From Octopus bimaculoides (taxonomy: Eukaryota): a stretch of DNA of 54,598 nucleotides. Positions within the stretch are counted from its first letter, which is position 1, and every line of letters starts with the position of its first letter. Of the stretch, positions 1 to 13,757 are shown piece after piece. The notes beneath the pieces are model-generated. The model saw nothing but the letters and a program-made list of their open reading frames with translations. It searched no databases and had not been told where the DNA came from. The position numbers and the translations under genes are program-made. The DNA is taken from NCBI RefSeq assembly GCF_001194135.2, contig NC_068990.1, positions 7,182,597 to 7,237,194 of the forward strand. The letters are read 5' to 3'.

Positions 1-11
1 ATATATATATG

Positions 12-60
<49 letters not shown>

Positions 61-73
61 GTATATATATATG

Positions 74-126
<53 letters not shown>

Positions 127-218
127 GTATATGCATATATGTATATTTACACACACATACATATATACATGTGTTTGTATATGCATATGTGTATGTGTAT
201 AGATATATAGATATATAT
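1..218. repeat. (TA)n/(TATG)n microsatellite; similar SSRs at about 2935-3150, 9020-9060, 12905-12989, 37500-37636, 40634-40708, 42077-42270, 52700-52742 and 53930-54050
   Basis: Read directly from the sequence; these tracts generate the poly-YI/HT/CV ORFs in the track. Confidence 0.97.
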
Positions 219-819
219 TAAATTTTGAATCACAAGCAAGTTTAATAATGTTATCGGTCACACATTCACAGTGTATGTTTTTTGTTTATACACCAACTTG
301 CTGTGGGATAGCATCCTGGGACTCCTCCTTGCATGACACTGGGTATTAATGAACACTGAATGCACCAGGCAGGCGAGACAACTCACCCAAGGTGATTGAA
401 AAATGGTAGATATTAGTATTTATCATTATAGCCCCTCAGTACCATCAAGGTGATTGGACTGAGTATATCTTTGTATTACATCAGTTTACAATTGTTTAAT
501 CTAAATTTGATCTCATGAACATTGTTATATTATGCAATAATACATGCAATGGAGGTGTTATTGATATCCTTCGAAATTTAACTCTTTTAAATTATGCATA
601 TAAATTATTTACTGTACATATTTGACTTATCAATAATTTAAACTCAAATTGAGTAGGTGTGTTTTCATGGTTACATTTGCATATTACAAGGAAAACAAAA
701 CAAAACTCTGGTTTGATTTAACTAGTGAAGAAGAAGGATTAATCAGAAAAAGTATAGAATAGAAAAATAAAAGCAAAAAATAAAAAAATGTTTTGTTTTT
801 AGACACTGTAATAAATCAT

Positions 820-1311
820 AGGTTTGTTAACAGTTCCTATCTCAAAAGGTATTTTAGAGCAACGTTCTTCAAAGGTATTTTAATACTCTTGTGGTATATC
901 TATTCTATCAGCTATTTAGATAAAGAATCACTCACACACATTTGTTTTATCATAGTGATATCTTTTTGTTTGCTACATTACAGTAGTTTGCCAGATATTG
1001 GCATTACAGGGGTCAGATGTTATTTACCACAGATTTCAGGTGGTTACACATACAGGTGTATTTAGACATGCAGATACAGATAAAGAAGACAAATGTTATT
1101 AAGGCTTTATATGGCATGTCTTGCTGAAAATAGAAAAGAAATTAGGTAACTAAATTTCAATACACACAGATGTGTGTAACAGAAGGAGGGAAACAAGTGT
1201 CTTGCTGCAGAGGAGATACATGGTTACCTAGCAAGAGAAAGAGAATGAGGACAGAAACAGGTGTGTTGCTAGTGAGGAGATATATGGCTACCCAGTCAGA
1301 AGGAGCGAGCA

Positions 1312-1343
<32 letters not shown>

Positions 1344-1821
1344 AGAAATCAAAAATGGGAGAGTGGAAGAGAGTGAGGGTGTGAAAGCACAAGGGAGAGA
1401 TGATAGCGAAGTGCCAGGTATAAGGACCAGAATATAAATGGGGTGGTTGAGTATTGCCAAGGGTATGCACTTTTATACAAAGAGATGAAAAAATGAAAAA
1501 AATTTTTCTTTCTTATATTCTTTGTACTTGACTCAGTCAAATTTTCAAACACAAAGAATATTCTCTGGTAAAGAAATAAATGTAGTTGTGCTGGTACTCC
1601 AACAGACATTTCCATAAAAGTACCAAAATTTAAATATTCATATTGTACTCCTGATATATTGGTGCTGAAGCTGTTTTAGAAGCCTTTCCAAAATGGGTTT
1701 CAGATGGTAACTGGAATAATTAATAATTCCCAAATAAACAAATTTCCTTTTGTATTTCTTGAAAGTCTTTCCATACTTATGGTGGCACCTGGTAATAAAT
1801 TCAGAGCATTTATTAATCAGT
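820..1821. repeat. Unclassified ~1 kb direct repeat, copy 1
   Basis: Aligns end to end by eye with 7968-8852, from AGGTTTGTT to GAGCATTTATTAATCAGT, at high identity. Confidence 0.9.
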
Positions 1822-2739
1822 TTTTCTTTGGATAATAAAATAACATCTCTTCTAAAGAAAGATTACATAACTTCGAATTACTATCATATTATACAGTTCT
1901 TACCATGGACCAAGAAATGTAGTATTGTATATTAGCATTTAAGTTGGTGTGTATAGACATTTTTTTCCATTTTTTTTTTGGCAAGTCTGACATGCCATTT
2001 ATAGCATCTGTGTCTTATCTATCTATATAAATCAACTTTAATCATATCTGACTTATAATATGCTAGGAGATTTGTTGGCGAAGGTTATATAATTTGGTCT
2101 ATTTGCATGTTGACACACCCATAAGATGATATAAATTTATCCTGCTTCACATATTTATCTCATAAGTTGATTGTGTTTCAAATTATTAAGTCTGAGGAAG
2201 TGAATGAAAAGTGATGTTATTACATATATCACATGAGCTGCATAACTTTAAATGTGATATGGAATAAGTGTTTGTTTATAGAAACATCCATAACAATGAT
2301 CTGACTTCTTTTTTACTTAGTTAACCTAATTATATTTCACTCAGTGAGACACATAACATACCTACTGTATCATAACTTGAAATCATGGAGTGCTCTTTAT
2401 TTGATGAAGTGTAACTTATCTTCCTTTGGTTATTGGAGTACTACACTAACCAGGTTCTTACATGAAGTACTGATAAGGTAATTGACCAGATTGTATTTAT
2501 CCCCCTAATTATTATAGATATACACAAAGATATACATACATACATGTTTGTATGTGTATACATAATATAGATATAAAGATCCCCTCTGATCATGAACGAC
2601 CATAGGATTGCACCTAGAAAGTTCCCCTCTGAGGCACATATCCAGGCAAGGTTGTTTATGGAAGGCCAGCAGTCACCCATGAATACCAGCCTTCCCTCTC
2701 CACACCACCAATGTTATCCAAAGGAAAAAGCAAAGACTG

Positions 2740-2920
2740 ATACACCAGTAGCATTGCAACAGTTTGGCACCAGTGACATTGCAACTCATTTCTACAACTG
2801 AATGCACTGGAGCGACATGAAATAAAGTGTCTTGCTCAAGAACACAACTCACAGGGGATTGAACTCACTACCACATGATTGTGATCCCGATACTCGAACC
2901 ATTGAACCATGCACCTTCAC
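2740..2920 (-). mobile_element. tRNA-derived SINE with V/CORE-like central domain; a related + strand copy lies at about 51045-51262
   Basis: Minus strand has a tRNA-like head (A/B-box-like ...gagttcaatccc) followed by gttcttgagcaagacactttatttca...tcagttgtagaaatgagt. Confidence 0.6.
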
Positions 2921-2983
2921 CTAATACAGATATATACTGTATATAAATGTATATATATATTTGTGTGTTTTTGTATGTATATA

Positions 2984-3024
<41 letters not shown>

Positions 3025-3469
3025 GAGAATATACGAAAAAACAACAACAGACGAGGACAGATGTGTGTGTGTGTGTGTGTGTTCATGTATACATAAGTAC
3101 GTGTATGTGTACATATATACATAAGTATGTATATGTGAACATATATGTGTGTGTATAAAGAGAGAAAGTGAGAGATTATACATACATGTAGAAATGTGGT
3201 TGTGAATTTATGAGTAAGGCCTTTCTTTTCCAACTTGATTGTTCCTGACACAATTCCACTACATTATTCTGTGAATTTCTCCTACTATAGCTTTGTTCTG
3301 ATGCCTGCTGTGTAGATATGTATGTATGTTTACATGTTGGTATTTGTGTCTATATGTTCGATATGCTGCAGGTTAAAGGACCACTGAGCATCAAATGTGT
3401 TATCTAGCTTCTTAACAGAGATGAGTAAAATTAGAACTGCTCTGAAGCAAATAATACGACTGATATGAT

Positions 3470-3900
3470 GACTAACGTTTCCCAAGGTGCTTTCCCAGTA
3501 TCATTGTAGTCATGGCTCCACTATCCTCGATCTGGGGTCTTGATCCTGGTTTTAGAATGCTGTCCTTGTTTTGTTCTCTCATGGATTGATTTTCAGGAGA
3601 TGTTTTGGCCAGTAGGCAACTCTGAACGTTCCAGCAAGTTGCATCCACGTTGTCATCTTGCTTGTCAACTTGGAATGTCACCATAGGACTGTTCGTTGAT
3701 CATTCTCTGTCTTCATCTGACACTGAATGCCAGTTGCAGCATCCAAATGTAGCCGTCATTGAGGGACATGACAAGAGGCCTTGATTATTGTCTTGTGGTA
3801 TTTCCTCTATAGTTGACTGGAAACGCTGGATATTCTTCCTATCATTGACAATCTTCCAGACAAAGTTATCATGCAGCTTGACATTATGCTTGTGCCTTCC
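3470..3900 (-). mobile_element. Highly degenerate RTE-type LINE ORF2 C-terminal remnant
   Basis: Frameshifted fragments resembling QRRLHW and RMI..Q.YGDIP; many stop codons. Confidence 0.3.
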
Positions 3901-4406
3901 TTGATTGAGCTAAATCATTAAAAGTCAGAAAGTCATCTGAGCTGGTTTTCAAAAGTTTTAAGCAGCTCATAGCCATCTAAACTGTAAATCTTGTTTTACA
4001 TCTCCACCCAATTTTGTAGCCAATGATTTTAACTATTATGCTTTGAACATAGTTAGCTTTGCAGGAAAATTGTAATATCTATTGCTCAACTACAAATTGC
4101 TCTCAGTGTCACATATTGCTATTGGTGTCATTTAATATCAACATTATGTGGGTTTTATGTCTTATATTCACTTGTGACATGAAAGTGAAGTCAATCTCTG
4201 ATTGGTCATTTGCTCTTCATAGTTACATATTAACATCATCTGTTTCACTTTCCCGAGTATTAATGTTTTGACTAAATAAAATAAAATTAGATGTTAATAT
4301 CTTAATATGCTTTCAATGTATTCATCTTTGAAGCAAAATAAAAATAGTTCAGTTGAATTGAAATAGTCTGGAAACCTCGGTAAAAAAAGTTCTTACCTTT
4401 TATGTG

Positions 4407-4613
4407 CTTTTACTTGCTTCAGTCATTTGACTGTGGTCATGCTGGAGCATCGCCTTTAGTCGAACAATTCAACCCCAGGACTCATTCTTTATAAGTCCAG
4501 CCACCTATCCTAGCGTTCTCCTTTGCTGAACTGTTAAGTTACGGGGGACGTAAACACACCAACATCGGTTGTCAAGCGATGGTGGGGGAACAAAAACAGA
4601 CACACAAACATAT

Positions 4614-4688
<75 letters not shown>

Positions 4689-4853
4689 CACAACACGCTT
4701 CTTTCAGTTTCTGTCTACCAAATTCACTCATAAAGCTTTGGTCAACCCAAGGCTATAGTAGAAGACACTTGCCCAAGGTGCCATGCAGTGGGACTGAACC
4801 CAGAACCATGTGGTTGGTAAGCAAGCTACTTACCACACAGCCACTCCTGCACC
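4407..4853 (-). mobile_element. tRNA-derived SINE family A, full length, with internal (CA)n
   Basis: Minus strand: GGTGCAGGAGTGGCTGTGTGGTAAG (A box) ...GGTTCAGTCCC (B box), then gcaccttgggcaagtgtcttctactatagc core and ...gactgaagcaagtaaaa tail. Confidence 0.85.
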
Positions 4854-5517
4854 TGTTGTAATTTATTTAGTAATAAAGATTCAGGATTTTAGCCTCAACA
4901 TTTTACATGTAGTACATTTTAATTTTAGTCTAATATAAACAAAGATTCCTGGATAACATTTAATAATGGTTTTATATTTTTACATACATTATCTGCTGGT
5001 CAGTAAATCAAGTTTGTTACAGTAAGTTTTATTGACCATTATAATTATGACAAGTATTAGGTTTCAATTTCGATATAAACCAAATAATACATAAATTTGT
5101 GTGCAAGTGTATTTATATTTAAAAAATATATACAGCTTTCACTAGCAAGTAAATATGACTTGGTAGCATCTACCATCTTTTTCCTATTGTTTCGGGTGCC
5201 TATGTAGTCCTGGCCAGACAGAGATACTTTCTTGGGTGCTATCTTTTATCCAGTGGAACTTGTAGGATGTGACAGAGGAATGGAGAGAAGGTTGCATCAG
5301 AAAGTGAAAGATGGTTAGAGACAGAGCTAGAGTTAAATGTAGTGAGTGATGAGCAAGGGTTGGGGTGTGGTTGATGGTAAATATCAGTATGGGGTTGGAG
5401 GGAGAATTGGGAGAGATAGAAGTGTTTTTTGACAAAGAGGTAGTAAATTATGTTGTGACTTATTGCAAAACTACAACAGAACACACAGACATGCATAAAC
5501 ACGTTCACACACACACA

Positions 5518-5549
<32 letters not shown>

Positions 5550-6507
5550 TGCATACACACATACACACATCTTTTCTTCATTGCATAAAACATCTCTTAT
5601 TCTGATTTGCAGTTAAGAAAGTTTCCTTTAGCTGTTAGAAAATGTATACTTCAAGTGATAATATCTGTGGTATTATTAGTTTCAGATTGGGGAGACCTCT
5701 GTTAAAGTTGTGCAATAAGTCACAACATAATTTACAAAACACACTTCTATCTCTCCCAATTCTCCCTCCAACCCCATACTGATATTTACCATCAACCACA
5801 CCTCAACCCTTGCTTTAGAAAGTAGCAATTACAAAAATAATAAATTGCTCACATACCTCCCTTTATTGGTGAACATAATTGTCATGTTGGATGGAAAAAC
5901 CTGCAGGCTATCTTTAGCAAAAATTTGTTATAAATTGTAATTTATTGAGAGTAACATGAATTTATAAGCTAACATCAGACAATAATATTCTTTTTCTAAA
6001 AACACATTACAAAAAAGGCTCAATAGCTTGTAGAAAAAATCGATGATATAATAAGTACCACATAAAGTTAGATGGAACAATACATGTTGTACAGTTAGTA
6101 GTGATTTGTGTACAGCAGTTTTTATTGTGCAAAATCTCAAGAATTCTTATTATATACATGATAGTTTGAAATATAATACATACAGAAAAAAATGAATGAA
6201 GATGAAGTATGTTTAAAATGTTCTTACATTTGGAATTTTGAATGGTTTTCTTCTCTATTATTGGAACAGAAGCTCAGTTTTCACAAAGATATAAATGTAC
6301 CCAGTTTCACATGTTAGTACTTATTTTGTCAACTCTGTATGAATGAAAGACAGAGTGGGATTTGAAAATGGCATATAAAGAGGAGAAACTAAATATTACG
6401 AGGCATTTTGTCTGATGTTTAACCAATTCTGTCAATCCACCACACTGTCGAAGTAATATAAAAAGAAACAAATACTCTTCATCCATAATTTAATGCAAAG
6501 AAGTTCA

Positions 6508-7403
6508 CAAAGTGGTATCAAAAAGTTCCTGGACTAGTTCAGCAGCACACCAACAGATGGCAACACTTGGTTGTGTGCACAGTGAGGGCTAGCAGTGATC
6601 ATCATGAGGCAGAGTGCTGAGTGACATCGTGTTTATTTCACAAGTTGTAAAATTTATGTTTTTGTGACCACATGTATGCTGTAATCTGTGATTTTGTCAT
6701 GGACAGGAAGTTGAAACAAAGAGCAATCATGAAATATTGCATTAAACTTGGAAAGTCCTCTACAGAGATATTGAGCATGCTTTGGCAAGCTTACAGCGAT
6801 GAGGCAATAGGTTGTACACAATGTTTTGAGTGGTACAGGCATTTCAAAAACAGAAGAACATTTCTGGAAGACAATGATTGATCTGGAAGACCTGCCAAAA
6901 GTGTCACCCCCGGAAATGTGGTATTGTACATTGAGAATTTGTCCCCCAGGGCCAGACCATCAATCGAAAGTTCTACTGCAATATTTTGAAGCAGTTGAGG
7001 GAGGACATTTGATGAAAACAACCAGATCTGTGGAGCTTGAAGAGTTGGATTCTCCAACATGACAATGTATCCTGTCGCTGAGCTCTCCTCACTCGTCCCT
7101 TCCACACCAGTCCTATTCAAAAGATTTAGCACCTGCAGACTTCCATCTTTTTCCCAAGACGACAATGTATCTCAGAGTTCACTGTTTTTACACTGTTGTC
7201 GAGATCAAGAGCAAATTGCAGAATGTCCTAAACTCACTTACAGAAAACGACTTAAAGGCTAGATTCCAAAAGTGACAGGAACACTGGGACCAATGTATTG
7301 CTGCACGAGGTGACTATTTTGAAGGAGATGATGTTAAAACTTAGGTAAATAAGTTATATTTAATTAAACATAACTAGTTCGGGAACCTTTTGATACCGCC
7401 TTG
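6508..7403 (+). mobile_element. Internally deleted mariner (Tc1/mariner) transposon
   Basis: ~32-bp imperfect TIRs (CAAAGTGGTATCAAAAAGTTCCTGGACTAGTT / AACTAGTTCGGGAACCTTTTGATACCGCCTTG) with TA on the right. Transposase remnants: QRAIMKYCIKLGKSSTE, LEDND*SGRP, WILQHDN. Confidence 0.9.
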
Positions 7404-7967
7404 TACAATATACTATGGATCTTAACACCAAGCTACCGCTTCTAAATTGTGCTTATAAATTCTCCCATGGGATAATCAGTTATCAAAAACGACACAGGGA
7501 AGAATAATTCATTCTATATTTCGTTTTTGGATTTGGTTTGCAAGATTCTTTATATGAGTTCGTGTTTTGAAGCATATACTGTTGTGTCTGGGGAGACTCA
7601 TTCTCTTTTGGTGCCTTATAATTTAACACATTCACCAGTAAAATTTCCACTTATTTCCTTTTTTATTTTTCCTAAATTTTTTGTTGCATCTTGCAAACTT
7701 TTCAATAGTTAAATTCTAAGGCACTCAAAGAAAATCATTCTATATTGTTATTTCTGAAACTCTCATATTACCCTAAATAAAAAAAGAACTTCTAGAAGCA
7801 ACCAATTAATTGGCAGTTAATACAAATACTGTCTGTCCTGCTGCTTTTCCTCTTTATTCACACCTGCTTTACCATTTTAAGAATTTTAATAACTGGCCAC
7901 TCCATACTTGTCTTAAACATCTGGTCTTAGTTTTATTGAATTCATGTTGCAGTAATTACGAAACACC

Positions 7968-8852
7968 AGGTTTGTTTACAGTTTCTATCTCAAAAAGTAT
8001 TTTAGAGCAATGTTCTTCAAAAGTATTTTAATGCTCTTGTGGTATATCTATTCTATTAGCTATTTAGATAAGGAATCATACACATACACTTGTTTTATTA
8101 CAGTGATATCATTTTGTCTGCTACATTAAAATAGTTTGCCAGATGTTGGCATTACAGGGGCAGGGGTCAGATGTTATTTACCACAGATTTCAGGTGGTTA
8201 CACATACAGGTGTATTCAGACATGCAGATACAGATAAAGAAGACAAATGTTATTAAGGCTTTATATGGCATGTCTTACCAAAAATAGAAAAAAAATTAGG
8301 TAACTAAATTTCAATACACACAGATGTGTGTAACAGAAGGAGGGAAACAAGTGTCTTGCTGCAGAGGAGATACATGGTTACCCAGTGTGAGAGAGAGAGA
8401 GAGAGAGAGCACAAAGGAGAGCGAGAGTGAGATGATAGCGAAGTGCCAGGTATAAGGACCACAATATAAATGGGGTGGTTGAGTATTGCCAAGGGTTTGT
8501 ACTTTTATACAAAGAGATGAAAAAATGAAAAAAATTTTCTTTCTTATATTCTTTGTACTTGACTCAGTCAAATTTTCAAACACAAAGAATATTCTCTGGT
8601 AAAGAAATAAATGTAGTTGTGCTGGTACTCCAACAGACATTTCCATAAAAGTACCAAAATTTAAATATTCATATTGTACTCCTGATATATTGGTGCTGAA
8701 ACTGCTTTAGAAGTCTTTCCAAAATGGATTTCAGATGGTAACTGGAATAAGAAATAATTCCCAAATAAACAAATTTCCTTTTGTATTTCTTAAAAGTCTT
8801 TCCATAATTATGGTGGCACCTGGTAATAAATTCAGAGCATTTATTAATCAGT
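7968..8852. repeat. Unclassified ~1 kb direct repeat, copy 2 (shorter)
   Basis: Same sequence as 820-1821 but lacking a segment near the (GA)n tract. Confidence 0.9.
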
Positions 8853-9029
8853 AACAATGTTTTGAAATACCAGTATTGATATGAGCTAATCAAAATTTTG
8901 CAGAGAATTTAGAAGAAAGATTAAGAATAAGAAAGGATGGAAGGATCCATATATTATGTAAAGATTGGATGAGGTTGTTACTTGAAAGTTATTTATATGA
9001 AATGTTGTTGACAACAAAATGCACATACA

Positions 9030-9060
<31 letters not shown>

Positions 9061-9896
9061 CAATAATTAATATGTCAGTATCCATATTTTCTCACACAGT
9101 GAAAATATGTGTGCTAGCAGGTTATGATCCAGATATTCCAGATTAAGATTATGTGATATCATATCTGAATTTATATGCACATACAGATACAAATCATATA
9201 ACTTCAATCTAATAGCGTCTGACTTACCTCAACTTGTAATATTTGGTAGTTTCACAAAGAGTTGTTTAAGAATATATTTTGCATTGCATTAGGTGAAGGA
9301 CAGTATTCTAAGTTATTGGATTTAAATGGTTCATTGCCTTTTCTGTCAAGTGCAACAGGGGATTGTTTGTACGACTTAGCCAGAACAAGTATTACACTGG
9401 TTATTTTTATTTGAGAGCACAAGTTTTCTGATTTATCTCAATATTTACATCTTTTGCAGATATACATTAATGAAAGATGCCCACATGCACACACACACAT
9501 ACATACATACATACATACATGCATACATACATACATACAAACAAACAAACAAACAAGAATCCCTCACATTAAGGATTTCTGCAATTCTGAACATTTTGCT
9601 GCCATGCAGAATTTTATAACAGAATGTCTATTTTCTGATTGATTTCCATGCTAAAAGTTGAGATACATTCTATCAATTTTTTTTTTCTTAAATAAAAGGA
9701 AAAAGCAGTATAAACACATTTTGTGCATGAAAATATCAATTTTTAAACATAAACACTGCAGCAAAATTTAAATCAAATGCAGAAGTCAAGTTGAGTATAT
9801 ACTTGCCACCAAAATATTTTATCTGCTGCATGATGGGAGATGGTGCAATAGGAGTTCCTGGGAGGAAGTGGAACTTACTTTTCTGTTGTTGTAGAT

Positions 9897-10084
9897 CAGT
9901 GCTTCTCAAACTATCTGATATGGTGTACTGGCAGTTAATTTTTCTCAATGTGCCAAGGATGAGTTATATTTCTTGGTAATATTAATTCTATTGCTTCTTT
10001 CTTTTCTGGAAACTCACTGTGTACTGGCAGCTGATGGTTTGCAGACTGGCACCGGTCCACGGAAAACTACTTTGAGTAACACTG
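9897..10084. mobile_element. hAT-Charlie-type MITE (188 bp)
   Basis: TIRs CAGTGCTTCTCAAA / TTTGAGTAACACTG; 8-bp TSD TTGTAGAT / GTGTAGAT (7/8 match), fitting the Charlie NTNTAGAN preference. Confidence 0.85.
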
Positions 10085-10204
10085 GTGTAGATCATCATTG
10101 TCAGCATCTGCTTCAAGGTTGAATCAAAGTTGTTTGACATAGAGTTGAGTAAAGGACCTGAGCTTATGAGCTCTTAATTTTTCTACTATCTTCTGTAATA
10201 CACA

Positions 10205-10495
10205 AGATCACAGTCCAGCTGTGCAGCAAGATCATGACTGTGACTCATCTGTCTGCACAAATCAGTTTGTCTATTCACTGGTGATTTGTGTCAGTGCTGA
10301 TGGTCTCCCACGGCATGGTTTGCTTCAATGTTTCCCTCCTTTTAAACTTTTCTATGCATCTGTACACATTGCGCTTGTCACTGGTATCATCTCCGTCTCC
10401 AGTCTGTAGTCTTCTGTGGATGTTGGATGGTTTGCATCTCTCCTTCATCAAGAGCTCAATGACAGCACATTGCTTCTGCTTGGAACCCATTATTT
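10205..10495 (-). mobile_element. Mariner transposase N-terminal (HTH) fragment
   Basis: KQCAVIELLMKERCKPSNIHRRLQ..GDDT.DKRNVYRCIEKFK resembles mariner QRAVIEFL..EG...IHRRL..VYG. Confidence 0.7.
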
Positions 10496-10689
10496 GTTTG
10501 CAATGAAGAAGGTCAGGAAAGGAGAAGAGTTACTTTATGATATATGTGTCTCCAGAAGCATTCATGGAGTAAACAACTGAGTGTGGTAGCAATAAAGAGA
10601 TTAAAGTTGTTTGAAGAGTTTGCATGTTCAACAAAGACAGGCCAAGTGAGGAGACTACTTCAGACTTAGCCTTGATCCTGCATTAAAGT

Positions 10690-11610
10690 CAATGAGAGTA
10701 GTTACTTCATAGACGTGTTGCTGTATGCTGCATACAAGAGGTAAGGTGGAGAGGAGCTTTAGTCAGGGTCCTCACAGGCAAAGCACATAGATATAAAATC
10801 TTCTGGGAAGGTAACAGTGATAGAGTAGGGATGTTGGCATAATCCTTGTGAAGGAATGAGTGGATAAGGTCATAGAGGTAGTCAGAGTATGCTATAGACT
10901 ACTTAAGCTCAGGCTCGTCCTGCAGAATAGTATAATTACAATTATCTCTGCCTATGCCCCATAAGCGGACTTACCAAACGATCAGAAGGACTACTTTTAT
11001 GAAATCCTTCTACAGGCTACCTCAAAGATGAGTGGCAATTACCTCATCTTTGTGGATGGAGATTTTAATGGGCAGGTCAGATGACAATCTGGTATCTTCC
11101 ATGGTGTTCCCAGGGGCCATGGCATTGGTTCCCGAAACGAAGAGGGGACTAGGCTACTGGAGTTCTGTGATGCATGCAGCCTATTAATCTGCAACACTAA
11201 CTTCAGGAAGCCAGACAGCCACCTGATAACCTATCAATTAGGTGACTTTACTAGCCAGATCGATTTCATCCTCACCAGACAGTGGGATGCAAGGTTGCTC
11301 TTAAATACAAAGACCCTCCCTGGTGAAGAATGTACCCCACAGCATGACTAGTTATTAGTGACTTTAGACTCGAGGCCAAAAGGATGCCAAGAAGCAGACC
11401 AATCCAGAAAAGAAGGATTTGGAAGCTAAAGAACCCTTCACATAGTCAGAGATTTAGGAACATACTCATTGAGAAATTTGATGAGAGGGAGGAGGAGCTA
11501 CAGACTTCGGATATAGAGGGTAACATACCAGGAGGAGAAACTAGAAGTAGTTCATAGTTTCCATTACCTTGGTGATGAAGTCTGTAGTGGGGGTGGATGC
11601 TTGGAGAGTA
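10690..11610 (+). mobile_element. RTE-clade LINE fragment: AP endonuclease plus linker, joined by an internal deletion to the post-RT segment
   Basis: DVCCIQEVRWRG, IISAYAP, GDFNGQV, RNEEGTRLLEFC, QIDFILTR and EECTPQH motifs with frameshifts; then EKLEVVHSFHYLGD. Confidence 0.9.
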
Positions 11611-12696
11611 TTTATTGCTTTGTGTATTATCTTTTATCCTTTACTTGTTCCAGCCATTAGACTGTAGCCATGCTGGCGCACCTTGGTTAATTGTAAAGAC
11701 TAATTTCTTAGTTTCTGATCAAATCTTGTGTCTAACTACTGATCCCACCTGGTTAATTGTATCATCTTGTATCTCTTCAACTTTACAACCTGCACTTTAC
11801 CAATATTCTGTATCTTCTCACAACAGAAATGAATTGTTTTGTATTCATTGTTTCTTAGTGTCTTCTCATGTTATATAAAAAAATCATTAAATATTTAAAT
11901 ATTTTTTCTAAGATGTCATTTCTAGTAAAAACCATTTTATCAATAATATGAAAACATTTTCCAATAGATAAATTTGCTGAAGTAGAAAATATTTAGAAAA
12001 CTGGAAATAAATGTTTCCTTTCTTCTTATGTGTTTTAATATCTTGATAATAAAAGGAAATTGATTAAAGGGTTGATATTTAATATATTGGACATGAATAA
12101 TCTATCTAGCAATGCTGTTATAGCTCTGTCCACATAGCTATAAAATGAAACCACCATCAAGATATCTGGCTCCTTACTATATACTGCAGGCTGAATACTT
12201 GATGACTGACTGATTTGATTTAGCAAAAAAGGGCCAAGTTTGAAATTCTTTCTATGGGTTAACTGTAAGAAGAATGTACGCCTTTAAGCTGAACTATCCA
12301 ATATATATCATATACATGTGTGTGTATGTGTGTGTATGTGAGTGTGTGTGTGTGTGTACACATGCACACATATGTAATGTACATATATAATGGGTGGTTT
12401 TGAGACTTACATTTGAATTTGAAAATATTCTTTTGGAATTGTATATCATATTTACTCACTATAATCTAGAGACAATTACCAACTTATTGTCCTATTTATT
12501 GGTTGAACATTCTTTTTAACAATTTACATATATAATGTTGATATAATATGAATATAAATAAGCCTCACAATGAAGAAAAATATCACAACTGTAAAAATAT
12601 ATACATTTTTATTTCTATGAAAATATCCCCTTTATTGAATATTGAAAGTCAGAATAGAGTACATAACTTCAATTTGAGATAATGATTATATTTCAG

Positions 12697-12850
12697 ATAC
12701 AATGTTCCATTTAAAGCAGCCATTCAAACCTGGGTTACAAATCTGTCAACCACTGCTGAAATCATTGAGAACTGGATCATGGTACAAAATCTTTGGATTT
12801 ATTTGGAGGCTGTCTTTGTTGGAGGTGATATTGCCAAACAACTACCTCAG
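12697..12850 (+). CDS. DNAH5: Axonemal dynein heavy chain (DNAH5/8-like), first exon seen in window: (R)[51 protein letters not shown]
   Basis: tttcag|ATAC acceptor and CAG|gtaaat donor; 154 nt (1+51 codons). [18 protein letters not shown] is characteristic of outer-arm gamma-type dyneins. DNAH5 vs DNAH8 cannot be resolved (likely co-ortholog). Confidence 0.95.
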
Positions 12851-12949
12851 GTAAATAAGATTGTTTCTTTATTTATAGAGAGACACAAACAAACAAAAAA
12901 ATACACACACACAGACACACACAGACACAGACACACACACACACACACA

Positions 12950-12988
<39 letters not shown>

Positions 12989-12989
12989 A

Positions 12990-13757
12990 CGAGGGTGTGC
13001 TGAAAAGTTTATAGGTTCACTATGAAGGAGTGATGCTTGGGATGTGAAATCTTGCATGCCTTAATTTCAGCTCTTCTTATTAATAATCCCATTGTTTATT
13101 CTCAGATAAACTGACATCTGACTGTTCAAAGAAGACTTCAAATATAAATAGCAGTGGCTTCTCTTGAAAACGCAAAATTTTGCATTGTGGCATTATCAAG
13201 TACCTGCAGAAAAACTGTTTAGCATTCAAGGATATTCAAGCTGACATGGATCCTACATTAAAGGATAATGTTTCAGCTTTATCAACTGTGCAAAAGTGAA
13301 CAGCTGAATTTAGGAGAGGAAGGGAGAGATTTGAAGCTGACCCAACATCTGGATGTCCTACAACTGCCACCACAGGAAAATATCGATCATGTTCATGACA
13401 TGTTGATAGATGACATGCGATCAACTATAAATCAAACAGCCAATGCTATTAGTATATCCCATGGGATAATTGACAATATTCTACATAATGATCTTGGCAT
13501 GACAAAGGTTTCTGCTCAGTGGGTGCCACATCTTCCGACATCTGATCAAAAGTGCCCCAGGCTGATGCCATCATGGAGAAATCTGATCTTGACTGAGGCA
13601 GATCCAGCTAGTTTCCTTGACTGTTTCCTAACCTAGGATGAGTTTTGGGTTGAACATTTTGCGCCAGAGACAAAGAGGCAATCCATATAGTGGAAGTACA
13701 CTTTCTTACTTGCTCCAAAGTAGGTCATGGTCATTTCATTGGCAGGGAAGGTGATAG
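12990..13757 (+). mobile_element. 3'-truncated mariner transposon (second family)
   Basis: Left TIR CGAGGGTGTGCTGAAAAGTT; transposase remnants LGMTKVSAQWVPHL, FLDCFLT*DEFWVEHFAPETKRQS. No right TIR found. Confidence 0.88.

Noticed and set aside
1-221. ORFs rich in YI, HT, CV or poly-I/L/N (also about 2900-3180, 4505-4731, 17979-18652, 37411-37705, 41896-42436, 53526-54126)
   Set aside because: They are translations of microsatellites or N runs, with no coding signal.
2065-2095. GDLLAKVI after a tag, resembling the upstream dynein GELLLRG exon
   Set aside because: Immediate stop codon and no continuing homology.
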